This document shows positions 36,405 to 50,449 of a stretch of DNA of 64,000 nucleotides, one piece after another. This DNA comes from Octopus sinensis (Eukaryota). The stretch lies in the NCBI RefSeq assembly GCF_006345805.1, contig NC_042998.1, forward strand, positions 99,386,001 to 99,450,000. Reading direction: 5' to 3'. Each line of letters opens with the position of its first letter. Position 1 is the first letter of the stretch. The position numbers and the translations under genes are program-made. The notes beneath the pieces are model-generated. The model searched no databases, was not told the origin of the DNA, and was given only the letters and a program-made list of their open reading frames with translations.

Positions 36405-39400
36405 ATCTAATGTATATAATTCTCTCACATTATCTCCTGAGATGAATATTAAATAGTGAATTATTCTTGCTCACTACCTATTTAAGTAGAAAGTCTTGTT
36501 AATATTAAAAGAATGTCTCTTTTATGCTCTCTACTTGACAGAAAATGCTTTTGTAGCTTTTGAGCTGCTGTGGTTGGTACTGCTCAAACATGCAGATCTA
36601 CAGAACAGATCAAATGTTTGGAAACACTGCAGGTTTTTGCCTTGAATGTGAACTTCAGCCCATTTATATCACAATATAGATATATATATACACTCTACCA
36701 TTCAGTATTTGTGTGTGTGGGTAGGTGTAGAGTGGCTAGCAGGTAGAGCATGATCTATCTGTATTGTTATAATGGCTAAGGGTTATTAATGTAGTGGATA
36801 TGTCAACTGGGTATGTTATTCTACCTTGGGCTATTAGAAAGAATATTAAAAATGTTAGTCAAATGCAAATGAATTGCTCAAGCTTTGTTATGCTATTTTC
36901 TTAAATGATTTGATGTATAACTAAGGAGAGAGACTATTGCATGATAGAGCTGGACTAGTTTTTAGTCCAAACCCTTACAGTTATAAATTTAAAACTTACT
37001 TAGCTTTTCTTCTTGATCAATAGAATAAGTACCAGTTATTTATGGTGTATTGGTTTCCACAGATTTGCTTCTTTCCCAGTCTTCCTTAACATTTTTTTAG
37101 GTTATATGTCTCATAAAGAAACGAAATATTACCTAGTCTTAGAAACTATCAACTTGTAATTATAATGAAAGAGGGAGAGAGAGAATGTATTGATTAAAAT
37201 TCATTGAATCCATATGCATTTTAGTTGGAACATGTTGTGAATGTATTTGCATGTTAGGTTTTGAGATGGTTGTGCTTAATGAATTAACACAGTTTGAAAT
37301 AATACTATTGAAATAATAATGGTTCATGGCATTGGCACAAGTTGGTGACAAAAAAATTAATACTCATGCCAAATAAATTTGTACACTATATCAAGATAAA
37401 AAGATTTACAAACCTGGAATGCTCTCAATACAAACTGTCTCTTTGGCTGGAGACTAAATTACTTTATAATTTATCTGTGCAGAAATTATTGTAAAAAAAA
37501 AAGAAAGAAAAGAAGAAAAAAGAAACTGACCACATTTTTTTCCTGTTATTTTGATTGTACACATTTCAGAATATTTTGTTAAATATCACTAAACAAGTAA
37601 ATACTCTACAAACTTAGGTTAACGTTCTCTGTATGTTGATAAAAAAAAAGACCACTTTGTTTTGCTATATTTTACTTTTGATTTCTCATTTTCTAATTAG
37701 TTTTTGGTGTAATTTGATAGAAACCATTATTAATAGTAGAAAGCAAACTACTTTTACTCTACAAACCCCAACTCTCAGTAAGGGAGGCATGGAATGGAAT
37801 AAAATATATTTTGCTAAGAATAAAGCAGAAGAAAGTCCAAAGATCCAGTATTTGGTGATGTGAACAGTGAAAATAAATTTATTATCGGGAGACTATTTAT
37901 ATATTTTCTCATATCCATTTTATTGTTTCAAATTTACACCACAATCTTGTCTGGACATCCAATTGTAGAACAGTGTTATGTTGAACATTGTTATACTGTC
38001 TTTTATGTTGGTCACAGATATCTGTTTGACACTGCGTGTGCAGTGAAGGTGGAACAGTATTTATTTACTTTTAATGTGTGCATTAAGAAATATTGAGATA
38101 AAATTATTGATTTCACGGCATTTTTAAACTGGAGTCATATATACATAAAAAAGATTTTCCATTGATAGTTTGGTTATGTTCTTGAGGAAAATTCCTAATA
38201 TTAAACAAAAATTAAGTGAATTAAGTAATTATGAAAAATTAAAAATATAATATTGCAAAACAAAATAAAGTGAAATAAAAAAAAAGAACTATGTCAAATG
38301 GATAAAGAAATTAACAATTTAATTCTAAAGTTCAATAACTGTATGCATACATGAAAGAGAAAGATGGACGAGCTTTAAAATTTTATTATAAAACACTACT
38401 TTTATTTTAAATAAAAAATAAAATTCAAATGAAGAACTAACCAGACTACTGTAAGAAGTTTGGGAAGTTTTGAAAATATTAGCTAAAAAAATTACTTATA
38501 AATACGTATCTTGTATTGAGAAATTCTTGTAAAAATATTTCTGATAATGTACAGAACTTCATATGATATTTATGTATTGAGTAAAAGATATTTATGTATA
38601 TGTTAACCACTTTTGTCCTGAGTACTCAATGAAATATCTATCATAACTGTGAATGGTGAAAATAGGTGGCAGAAATAATGTATATAACTATATAACATTT
38701 AGATGATTAGAATGCATGTGTATTATGTCCAATTGTATGCATAAAAACGAGCAGTTTATTTTTAAATGAATGAATCATAATGACATTTAGGAATAATACA
38801 TGTCCTGGATGGAGTTTGGGGAAAAAAAAAAATTTCAATCTTGGATAACAGTAGGATTTTATTTTTGTTGATTCATCTCTGACACTGAAATATGCCAAAA
38901 ATTAATCTTGCTTTATTGGCATCTAACATAGTGTTTCTAAGAACAAAAAGTTAGTTTTGAGAAATTGTAACTGACAGAAATTTGGATGCTCTCAGGTTTT
39001 GTAGCATAGGGATATTATTCATTGAGATATACTCGGCATATGTTTTAATTAGCTTTACCTCCATTAACAGCTTATACAACAGAAAAATTGAGAAGTATGT
39101 GAGTTGATATTAGTGGTTACTTATTTTTGTAACAAGCACAGTTTATTGAAGAAAAAAAAAGGAGCAAAAACATAAAAAAAATATATTATATATAAATAAA
39201 ATTCTGTAAAATTTTTCAACTGGTTTCTGTGATTGCAAGGCAAAATTTAATGTGATGTTAAATATGATTTGTCAGTGCTGGACAAAGTATTACACTGTGA
39301 TGTAGGCCTCCATTGGTCATTGTAAACATTTCTTAAGTATTAGTATGTACTATGGAAAATATAAAAGTCGTGTTTACTTAACTGATTCGTGATCCTAATG

Positions 39401-40976
39401 ATTGCCTAAATTTTGCTTTTTGTTTCCCTTCCCCTTTATTTTTTGGTCCTACATGGTTAAAAAGTTCATATGGACACCCCACAATCACTATATAAATACA
39501 TTGTATATTAAACTTAGTTGTGAACCTGTTTCATTTGTTTTCTCTTTTCTTAAATTACACACACATAGACACTATATATGTGTGTGTATGTATGTATATT
39601 TATATATATATATATACATACACACGTGTGTGAACAGTATGCATTATTTAATTGTGACAACGAATTGTGATTCTTCTCCCTTTTCTAATTTTAAAACAAT
39701 TTAGGAAGTTTTAATACTTCACTCAAAATGGGCTGAAGTGCAGCAATTGTTAATAAATATATTAAAGTTTACTTGTTGTATTTTTATTTTATTCATTTCA
39801 AAAATAAGATAACATTTTATGTCTGCTTTCCATGCTGGCATAGTTTGAATAGATTGTCATGGAACTAATCTGTTGAAGTCACTGCCTTCCTAGATAGATC
39901 ACTAGACCATATTTCTCTTGTCATTTCTATTTTTGAAATGGTTTCTGCAGTTGGATGCCCTTCCTAAAGCCAGCTACTTTACTGGGTATATTGAATGAAT
40001 TTTATAATTTTATAATTTTTATATCTTCTGCAAGACTAAAGAGTTCTCTCTATTCTTTAAAAGTGAACAGGAGAGGGAATGACTGATAGTAATATGTTCA
40101 TTGTTGGTAAAGTACTAGAGATGAGAATGGCAAGACGGCAATAAAAATGGATACTGGTAAATGTCAAGGAAAAGTCACACAGAGGAGAGAAAGTAATGGC
40201 TTGCAGTAAAGAAGGATGTTAGTAGACATGGACCATTTTGATGCCATCTTTCTTTCACTGCATTATGATGGTAGAGAGTCAGAGTGATGATAGGGGAAGA
40301 CATTATGTATTCCTCCAGAATTATTTTTTGTTTTCCACTCCATCTGTTCTGCCTTAACATGTGCATTTGTTAATTCTTACAAACTATACAATGATTTTGT
40401 AATCAAACTGTAGCATAAGACACTTTCAAAATTTCATGTTACTCATAGATTTCAGAATATGTTTATGGTTTGATGCTGTTGTAAGACCAAATTGTATAAA
40501 ATATAGCACAATTTTACTTCTTTTCATAGCTTGACTCCACCATTTTACTAGGATGGAGTAATTTAACCCTTTAAATATATTTCTGTTGAAATATACTTTT
40601 ATTTTCTTAATTAATTTTGAAAATAACTGAACAATTAGTAAACTTTATTAAGTTGGTGTTAGGAACATTAATGTGAAATTTTAATGGAAGGTTTTTAGTC
40701 CACCTTAAAATATCATAGAACATAGTGCAGTTTCATGTGGGTTGCTATCAGAGTCACAACATATTTAACTTTCTGGTGTCATTAAAATACCAAGAGATGA
40801 AATGTCCACATGGATAGAGTAATGTTATAGATTGAGTTTATATACTGTGGACGAGAACTTCTGAGAAAAGCCATTGTGATAAAACAGTATCGTATCCAAA
40901 TGAAAATTTGTTTCATCTGTAGTTTACAGAAGTATTAGGCTAAAGTGACTGGAACTTTGTTATAATTTCATAATAA

Positions 40977-43643
40977 CCATAGAAACTCATGTAATTTGCA
41001 CACCTGTGTAATTTATGCAGGTGATTTTCAGGATAAAATTTGTTAAAAGAAGCTTCTACTCACGTAAAATTCACACCCAAAAGTTTTCAGAATTGCTGCT
41101 TTGGCCAAGGGGAAAAAGGCTTCCAATTTAGTTGTATTTAGCATAATTTCACTTACTTATGATTAGATATTATTAAATTTTCATTAAATAAAAATAATTT
41201 TTGTTCAACAGGTATCACATTAAAAGCTATTAAATTACAAAGTATTTGAGTTGTTTATAATAAACTTTATTTTACATTTTTTGCCCACAAGAGATTATGT
41301 CCAATCTTTAGCATACTGCCCTATGTCTTCTCAAATCATGATCACAGGAAAAGTTAAGAATTATCAACAAAAACAAAGCTGATAAATACGCACAGGTATT
41401 GCAAATTAAGTTGAATTACCAATAGACATCAGCTTGGATGACACTTTACTCAACTGACAGAGGAAGGTGACCAATCAAACTGATTATGTAAACAGAATTC
41501 TGATTGGTTGAAAGTGTCTCGTCTCAAGCTCTGATTTTCCGCCTATTCTTGTTGGAACCTTTGATATGGAGTATTGAAATTTCAATCCCTTTCACACAGA
41601 TAAAATGTCAAGCAAACTTTAAAATTTGTCATTACCGTTATTGTCAGTATGGGCAGAACTTATGAATTGTTTACTGTGAAGGAGAAATTAAATTATTGTT
41701 GAATAAGCATTTGAATGTGGCAACAGAACTGCCGGAAAGCTGGCATAAACTATCACAAACTTAAAACTGTGCCTAGTAATAAATGTGCCAATAGGGGTAA
41801 ATTTACAAACTTCCCCGAGTTAGAGACTGAACTTTTATCACTGAATAAGTGACAAATGTGATGAGGGTTTTGGTGTAAGCACTACTGAGATAAGATTACA
41901 TGCTAGTCAGTTAAGACTAAATATAGTGCTGATAGTGTTGACTTTAAAGCCTTGTTAAACTGGTGCTATCGTTTTATGAACCGTTATGACTTAAGTGTAC
42001 AACATAGAACAACAATTGCGCAAAGACTTCCTGAAGATTACAAAGAAAAATTGACAAACTTTCAGAGTTATATTATCAAAGAAGAAAATAGAATATTGAA
42101 CTGTCACACATCAAGAATGCAGACCAAACCCTGTTAACATTTGATTTATCGTATGGCACATGTTAATAAAAAATCAGTTAAAATAAGAACAACTGGAAAT
42201 GAAAAGAATAGATTTACTGTGATGCTAGCATGTTTGGGAGACGGAACAAAATTGCCACCATATGTTATCTTCAAAAGACGGACATTGCTAAAGTTAAACT
42301 TTCCAAAAGACAATCATTAGAGTCCACGAAAAAGGGTGGATGGTCAAATCCAGCATGAAAGAATGGCTAAGACTTGTCTCAAAACCTGTGAACATAGTTT
42401 ATTAGTTTTGGATAGTTTTAGATACCATAAGTCGGACTATGTAAAAGATGTATTAAGAAGTGACTGTGAAATTGCTATCATTCCCGGCGAATGACATTGA
42501 TTTTGCAGCCGTTAGATGTCGGTGTAAATATACCCATGAAATGTGCTTTGTGTCAAAAGTGGAATTAGTGGTAATAAACATTCTTTTACTAAAGGTGGCT
42601 GTATGAAAAAGCCCAGCTTAGATGAGATATGCCAATGGATTCTTGAGGCATGGAATGAACTTGACCCCGAGATAATTGTAAAATCATTTCTTAAGTGCAG
42701 CATTTCTAACCATCTTGATGGTCTGCAGGATGATGTTTCGTGGCAATCTGAACTTGCCACATGTGATGATCATGCTGATGAACAAGATGATGCAATGGAT
42801 GTATATTATCATGACAAGAACAAATACTTTGGATTTGATAAACAGGACTGACTTTAACAAGTTAACAGTAAATAGCAGTGCTCTCAATCACCAAAAGATT
42901 GAAGCACAAACTGTTTAATAAGAATATTAGAATATTATCCATTTCAATATGATAATATTTGTAATGCATTACTTGTACATTTTCATATAGTACAGTACAT
43001 AAAAGTTTTAAAATTGTTTGTTGTTTTAGTTATGTTCAGAAAAATCTTATTCTAGACATGATTGCAACTGAACAGCTGCACATTGCTCCTAATAGTTGGT
43101 AGTTCACACCAATGTCAAGAATGGTAGTAGTCAGGATGTAAATTGTAAACATTTACATCCTTTTCCTTACCATCATCAATTTTGCCGATCTAAACAAGAA
43201 AAACAGATAAACATAAAACCATATAATCAAGATTATCCATATCATTACATTTTTTTTTCAGTTAAGAATATCCATATCACCATGTCAATGATGCTCCATT
43301 GCAATAGGTAGACACTCCAAGCGATATAAAATATGGCCCAGATCGTGATTACCAGCATGAATGTAAGACTTCAAAAAGTAGTTAACCATTTAATGGTTTT
43401 GGTAATTTTATACAGAAAAAGTAAGCATAAATAAAAGTAAACTTCATATTTAAGCACTTATTTTTTCTGTAAAAACCTATTCTGACATTAAATGAGTCAA
43501 CTTCTGGTATGAATGTTTACGTTTTGTACATCTTTTATCGATAAAAAAATTCTGGAAATGATCTACTCAAGTAATTTATGCACCCCTAAAGTTTATTTTT
43601 ATTTTTGTGAAAAAAAATGCACAAATTACATGGGCTTTTATGG
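40977..43643 (+). mobile_element. pogo/Tigger-type DNA transposon, full length with TIRs, transposase pseudogenised
   Basis: 25-bp TIRs CCATAGAAACTCATGTAATTTGCAC / CCATAAAAGCCCATGTAATTTGTGC (5 transitions), TA on the right flank; CENP-B-type HTH (PELETELL, WCYRFMNRY) and DDE_1 remnants (RFTVMLACLGDGTKLPPYVIFK, VLDSFRYH, LQPLDVGVN, WILEAWNEL..IVKSFLKC) at about 41650-42900. Confidence 0.88.
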
Positions 43644-43825
43644 TAATTTTGTTAATTACAAAAGTTGTTTAATTCATTATATCGTTCTTATGTAATTTAT
43701 ACGGCCCAATCAAAATCTAACCAGCTTCATAAGCCTTTTGATTTATGAATACATCAATTCATTTAATAAATATCCATCATCATCAGAAAAGTAAGAATAC
43801 AACAGCAACACATAGGGTAGAATTC

Positions 43826-43831
43826 TTTATT
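43826..43831 (-). promoter_or_regulatory. Candidate TOP3B polyadenylation signal AATAAA
   Basis: First minus-strand AATAAA after the stop codon (about 40 nt downstream); usage unverified in an AT-rich context. Confidence 0.35.
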
Positions 43832-43869
43832 CTAGATGAAAGTTAAAAAGTTAACTGAAGGTTTAGCAT

Positions 43870-44097
43870 TCATACAAAATATGCAGCTAACTGTGCCATT
43901 TTGTCTTTGGGTTTATGTTTGCCTTTACCACGCCCTCGGCCACGACCTTTTCCACGGCCAGCTCCTCCACCACGTGTTGCCGTACGTCGCACTCTGGGTG
44001 CCATAGCATGGTGCATTTCAACCAGGGGTTTGAAAGTGCTGTCACAAAATACACAACCTGTGTAATCAGTAGCATTGTCTGGTAGTGGAGATTTGTT
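43870..44097 (-). CDS. TOP3B: TOP3B last coding exon with RGG/RG tail: NKSPLPDNATDYTGCVFCD...GRGRGRGKGKHKPKDKMAQLAAYFV*
   Basis: ttctag acceptor; 76 codons including TGA; C-terminus matches human KDKMSALAAYFV. Confidence 0.95.
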   Translation of the reverse strand, partial: NKSPLPDNATDYTGCVFCDSTFKPLVEMHHAMAPRVRRTATRGGGAGRGKGRGRGRGKGKHKPKDKMAQLAAYFV

Positions 44098-44409
44098 CTA
44101 GAAAGAAAATACAAAAATTTCAAAATATATATACAATACAATATAGGACATACCACATAATGAATACCTTATAAACACTGATATCTTACAAAAGCAAATT
44201 TATAAGAGAGAAGGAACAGCATACTAATGACTTTTCAGTAAGTTAAGTAAAAAGTGAAATGGCTCCAACCAGTCAGCATATTTCTTTTTGGCTTAGGATT
44301 CTTGCCACAACAACATCCAAGAAATAACTTGATTCATTTTGGCTATGAAAAACAATTTCTGTCTGTGTCTCTTTACTCTATCAACATTGTCTACACAACA
44401 GATGTCAGA

Positions 44410-44720
44410 TAATTTAATCTGGCTTGTCTCGGTCCAACACATCTACAAGCTTCCTCAAAGAGTTTCAATATGCAGATGACAACAGTGTCACAGCTTTCTC
44501 ACAAAAACATCTGTAACAGATACTGATTGCTTTCAACTATGTTTACATGAAACTTAGACTTACATCATCTCCAAGAAGACTCAGAACATATGCAACCATC
44601 ACTAACTGAGACGAACTGGATGCAATTCAAAAAATTCAACTTAGCAACATAGATGGAATGGCTTTTAAATGTCTCTGAACAAAAGACTTTAATAACATGG
44701 CATGTGAACATACACCAAAA
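44410..44720 (+). mobile_element. Degraded RT fragment of another non-LTR (RTE/BovB-like) family
   Basis: EFQYADDNSVTA (RT YADD motif) at about 44460-44495. Confidence 0.55.
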
Positions 44721-44756
44721 TGTTAGTGTACAGAGCAGTGGTGATCCCAATATTTT

Positions 44757-46080
44757 GTTCATCATTGTTTAACGTCCACTTTACATGCAGGCATGGGTTA
44801 GATGGTTTGACTGAAGGTTGGCAAGCCAGAAGGCTGCACCAGGCTCCAATCCGGCCTGTCAAAGTTCCTACAGCTGGATGCCCTTCCTAATGTCAACCAC
44901 TCTGAAAGTGTAATGGGTGCTCTTTATGTGCCATCGGCACAAGGGCCAGTCAGGCGGTACTGGCATCAACCATGCTTGAATGGTGCTTTTTTTACTTGCT
45001 ACTGGCACAGGACCAGTCAGGTGGCACTGGCATCAGCCATGCTCGAATGGTGCTTTTTACGTACCACCAGCACAGGTGCCAATCAGGTGGTACTGTCATT
45101 GGCCACAACGACTTCACTTGCCTCAACAGGCCTTCGCAAGCGCAGTTTATCGTCCAATGATTGAAGGGTACTCTTAAATGGGCTGGTTATGCTGCACTGG
45201 CATAGGCCACAGTTATGGTCTCACTTGGTTTGCTGGGTCTTCTCAAGCAATAGCATATCTCCAAAGGTCTCAGTACCTTGTCTTTGAATTGGTAAGGCCC
45301 AACTTTCAAAGGTTGTGCTTCATCACCTCATCCCAGATCTTCCTGGGTCTACCTTTTCCACAGTTTCACTCTACTGCTAGGACGTGACACTTTTTCACAC
45401 AGCTGTCTTCATCCATATGCAACACATAACCATACTAGCACAGTTGTCTCTCTTGCACACCACATTTAATGCTTCTTATGTCCAACTTTTCTACCAGGGT
45501 GCTTACACTGTCGTGTATGCACACTGACATTACACAACCAGCAGAGCATACTAGCTTCATTTGTTGCAAGCTTATGTCCTCAGCAGTCACAGCCCATGTT
45601 TCACTGTCGTGTAGCATGGCTGTTTTGCACACATGCATCATATAGTCTACCTTTCACTCTGAGCGAGAGGCCCTTTGTCACCAGCAGAGGTAAGAGCTCT
45701 CTGAACTTTGCCCAGGCTATTCTTATTCCAGCAGCTACACTCTCAGAGCATCCACTCCCGCTACTGACTTGGTCACCGAGGTAATGGAAGCTATCAAATA
45801 CTGGTAGTTTTCCCCACTGGAATGTGATGGAAGCTGTTTTCTGCTCATTTTCAATGTTTATTGCCCCAGAGCATTTTCCACACACAAAAACTATATTCCT
45901 AGTTAGCCTTCCTTTGATATTGCTGCACCTCTTATGTGTCCATAGCTTACACGGGGTACATCTTATGGAGTTTCTACCTATGCCTTTTCTATAGATTGAG
46001 CAGGGCTATCTACCTGAAGAGATTTGTGGTTTGTGTGCTTTCCTATAGAAACCTGGACTGCATACTGAGGACATCTGAAA
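44757..46080 (-). mobile_element. Older 5'-truncated RTE LINE copy (same family as 15169-17350)
   Basis: AKFRELLPLLVTKGLSLRVKGRLYDACV, decayed PHD-like insert, 3' UTR tandem units, (GAT)n tail; stops and frameshifts. Confidence 0.88.
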
Positions 46081-46455
46081 GCATTCAGAAGGTTGCATGA
46101 ATATTGTCTTTGAAACATCTATTGGTTAAGAAAGCCACTTCACAACCACTTGATCCTGTGACTGATCCATAGAGTGACAACTTGGGCAAGTGTTTGCTTC
46201 TATAACCTCAGATAGACCAATACTTTGCAAGTGTAATTTGGTAGACAAAGTCTGTGCTGAAGCTAAATGTATATAGGTGTTTGACACACACAAACAAGAA
46301 AGTTTTATCATAAAAACAATTTAGAGTAACTCAATAAAATAAATACCAAACTGAATGAAATACTGGGGTTGATATGATTTATCAAAAAAACTCAGTGACA
46401 CTCAGCAGGGCTGCAGTCCAATAATGGAAACTAGTAAAAAATTATATCTACTTAC

Positions 46456-46561
46456 CTTGCCATAGTCAACATTTATAATAGAGGCACCACACTCTTCACA
46501 ATCATCATCCTTTAAAGTGACTTTATGTGCTCCTTCTAACAGGTTGATGACAAGGGAACAC
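46456..46561 (-). CDS. TOP3B: TOP3B exon: CSLVINLLEGAHKVTLKDDDCEECGASIINVDYGK
   Basis: atttag acceptor, gtaagt donor; 1+105 nt. Confidence 0.93.
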
Positions 46562-47238
46562 CTAAATGAATTTACAAAACAAACATAGCATAAGACATAA
46601 ATCATGCTTCTGCACATAAGAGCTTTATAGAGCAATTTAATACAAAGTTCTATCATCCAACATTTACCATATATTTTCTCCAGTTATCCTTTCCACGGAA
46701 TTCACATATAACAAAATAGAAGTTAATGTAACACTTCTATTCATCATCATCATCATCATTTAACACCAGTTCTCCATGTTGGCATAGGCCGGATGGCTGA
46801 ATAGGAACAGGCAAGGTCAGGGACCACACCAGGTTCCTTCACCAACCACTTTACAGAGTGTACTGGGTGCTTTTTACGTGGCACCATCACCAATGCTTTT
46901 TATGTGGCACCGGCAGCCACACCAAGGATTTTTACATGGCACCTTGGTTTTAGGATATCTATTGTTGACCATTACTTTGTGCTGTCATTTTATACTGACT
47001 CAGTGCAAAATAACAACTCATTTGGTTACATTACACAACAACTCTACTTACATTACATAGGTAATGTAAACAGAGAGATACATAGATATGTATGTTTATC
47101 CCCAGAGACCCTAAAATGCTGTGTTACATTACATCTTTTTTATGAAGACTAACAAAAGAAAATTCTCTCTTTTAACTTGTAACACCACATATTTCATTAT
47201 CTAAAGTATTTGTTAACAGTCAGTGAGGACTGCAAATA

Positions 47239-47637
47239 TTCTTTTCTACTCTAGGCACAAGGCCTGAAATTTTGGGGGAGAGGGCCAGTTGATTAGATTG
47301 ACCCCAGTATGCAACTGGTACTTAATTTATCGACCCCCAAAAGGATGAAAGGCAAAGTTGACCTTGGCAGAACTTCAACTCAGAAAGTAAAGAGACAAAA
47401 TACTTATTTCTTTACTACCCACAAGGGGCTAAACACAGAGAGGACAAACAAGGACAGACAAATGGATTAAGTCGATTACATCGACCCCAGTGCATAACTG
47501 GTACTTAATTTATTGACCTCGAAAGGATGAAATGTAAAGTCGACCTCGGCGGAATATGAACTCAGAACGTAACGGCAGACAAAATACCGCGAAGCATTTT
47601 GTTCCGGCATGCTAACGTTTCTGGCAGCTCACCACCT
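47239..47637 (-). repeat. SINE family A with two core modules and a perfect 15-bp TSD
   Basis: TSD TGAGGACTGCAAATA at 47224-47238 and 47638-47652; core present at about 47320-47390 and 47490-47570. Confidence 0.9.
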
Positions 47638-48195
47638 TGAGGACTGCAAATAATGGTTGATTCTTGGATGCATGCATGCCATCAAACACCGAGTTTCTTG
47701 GTGTTAAATTCTTTTATTTTCCATTAAATTATCAACAAATTTTTTTTATGGCTAGGACAGAGAAAGAAGACTTGTATGTATGGTCTTTTGCAGGGTATCC
47801 AGGATTTGTGTGTAGATGTGGGGGAAAGAGAAGACAGAAGCCCACTAAGTTATGACTTGAAGGTTTCTACAGCAGGAAACAGCACATCAGTATGGTGAAG
47901 TTATTATCCTCCAAATGAAGATTTAGACTGAATGTTTGCAATGAAAAAATCTCTGCTAAAGATACTCAGGGCCAAGTGGTAGTGTCAAGCCAGGAGATGA
48001 TTAGGTATTACATTTACTTTTTGATTTTTATTCTATTTCTAATTCTTAATTTACCTGCCTATTCACCAAAATAGTATACATCCAGCAACTCCTACCCTGC
48101 CTGGTACATATACCTATTTCTTAAGATGCATCAAAAAGGTAAAGCTAACTCAGAAAATGTTTAAGAAAGAACAGAATAGATGGTTCAGATCTTAC

Positions 48196-48395
48196 TTGTT
48201 ACATGCCATACGCCATTTTGGTGCCGAAGACTGGTCCAATACCAAGATACCTTGACTGCATTCAAGACATTCAGATACGCCATTTTGAGAAAATGCATGT
48301 TGACATGTAGGATGTGTGCATTCATTACAGCCACTGCCTTTGCGCATATCCTTGAAAGGTGGATTGTTATAGCAATATGGACATAAGGGATAACT
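48196..48395 (-). CDS. TOP3B: TOP3B exon (zinc fingers): SYPLCPYCYNNPPFKDMRKGSGCNEC...KWRMACN
   Basis: ttacag acceptor, gtaaga donor; 198+2 nt. Confidence 0.95.
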
Positions 48396-48861
48396 CTGTA
48401 AATGAAATAAAACAAAGAATTAGAAACTAGTTCAAAAGTGAATTACAAATCTGAAGGTATTTTCTTCTTGGTATTAAATCTCCAAGTAATTGTAAACAGC
48501 ACTTTTCTTGAATTATTATCATTGTTACCACTATCATTATCATCATCATAAGCCATCAAGGGCTCCTCAGCACAATTGCGTGATCTTTCCAGAAACAACA
48601 GGTCTATCCACCTCAAATCACATCCTATCATCTTAAACGAACACAAATATATGAATAATGTGAAATGTAGGTCGGATGGTCTCCTGAAGTATCTTTTATC
48701 ATTTGCTAAGGAAAATTCAAATAAATAACAAAATCATTTTTATGATAAAATTTTAACAAAGTAGTGCAAAGCATTTGTTGATTTGAATGTGTGAAAATAG
48801 CAATTGTAAAAACTGATGATATGAAAAGCATAGAAAATCAACTAAATAAATTTATAAATAC

Positions 48862-49042
48862 CTTTCCCTTTGTACCAGTTGTCCAGAGTACGAGTTCATA
48901 GTCATCTAGTGGACATTTTAACTCCTGATAGAGTTTAATTCCACCATTTTGTGGCAAAGAGTATGTATCATCACAATTTGAACAATGTAACCTGCTTGGT
49001 TTTGCCTGAATCAGTTTCATGTACCGACGACATTTGCCACAC
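48862..49042 (-). CDS. TOP3B: TOP3B exon (zinc fingers): CGKCRRYMKLIQAKPSRLHCSNC...WTTGTKGK
   Basis: ttaaag acceptor, gtattt donor; 1+180 nt. Confidence 0.95.
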
Positions 49043-50231
49043 CTTTAAAATAACAATGCATTGATACCAGAAATTTTTGAACATCAAATCACAAACTTCA
49101 GACAGCACATGAGTTCAAACCTTATCCTGTTATAAATAATCTTGGGTGCTAGATTTTATAATTGTATAGTCATGTCAATGATTTGCTAATAAATACTAGT
49201 CTGAATCTTCATCTGTCTGGTTATGTTTAATTATAGATTATTGCTTTAATAATTTTGAAATCAACATGGTATCCATGGTAGAAAAATCTTTTAACTATAT
49301 TGTATATGATAAGTTAAAATACTCCATAATAAACTTGATTCCAGTTCATTTTTTCCAATCTGATAATGTTAGACAAGAATTGAATGTATTTAATATGCCA
49401 GTGAGTTAATGTACTTCAATTGAAGAATTCTTTTTATTCTGTAATATCCTGGTTTTATTTTTAAACAGTTTCTTTATGTTTAATACCCTCCATTATTGAT
49501 TAGCAAAACATCTACCCTCATTATGAGAAAGAGTGAAAAGCACTTTGATTTTGATTATAGTAATTAGAAACCACTAATTCAATGAAGTAGCAGATTGAGA
49601 AGCAATAGAGAATTGTCGTCATCATTTATACATCCACTTATTCTATGATGTCATGGGTTGGAAGAAATGTATTGAGGCAATATTCCATGGCTAGATCACC
49701 TTTCTGTAGACAATCTTTAGTTGGTTATCCAAATAAGGTATTTTGTTTCCTGCTGGTTTTTACATATAGCCAAGCAAGACACAGAAACACATACACACAC
49801 AAATATACTGGTCTTCCTTATATTTCTGTCACCTAAATTTCACTCATAAGGCAATGGTCAATCCAAGGCTGTAGAAGAAGACACTTGCCCAAGGTATCAA
49901 CCAATGGAATAAACTTCAAACCATGTGATTGTGAAGTGAACTTCATAACAACACAGCCATACCAATAGAAAAGAGAAAGTGATGTTAGTGCATAAGAGAA
50001 CCAGAAGAAAAGTAAATGGCTTCAATATATGGAAAAGACAAAATACTATTGCATTAGAAATAGAATACTTGTTACTACATAACACATACAAAAATACATG
50101 CATCTAGTGGCATATGAAAATATAGAAAAAACCTCAATATAACCAGTATAATCTGCCCACATAGACCAACTGTGAAAATAGGTTTCAGCCAAGGTAAACT
50201 AACAATGTCAATAATTGCTTGAGCTACTAAC

Positions 50232-50449
50232 CTAGACATTGGTTTCCCTGATGAGGCCAAAGGAGAAAAAGAGACTTCAAATAATTCATCCATGCCAGAG
50301 ATATTGTTGACAAAGTACTTGAACTTCAAGCGAAATATTTCCAAAGCGTGTTCCAGCACAACACTAAAACATGCCTTGCCAAGGGCTATCAAGCTGAGCT
50401 GTTGTTCTACAGCAGACCTCATAGTTGGTAAAACCAAATCGGCATCAAT
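50232..50449 (-). CDS. TOP3B: TOP3B exon: IDADLVLPTMRSAVEQQL...FSPLASSGKPMS
   Basis: tcctag acceptor, gttagt donor; 216+2 nt. Confidence 0.95.

Noticed and set aside
41650-42900. Domesticated pogo-derived gene (POGK-like)
   Set aside because: Multiple stops and frameshifts, and TIRs still flank it.
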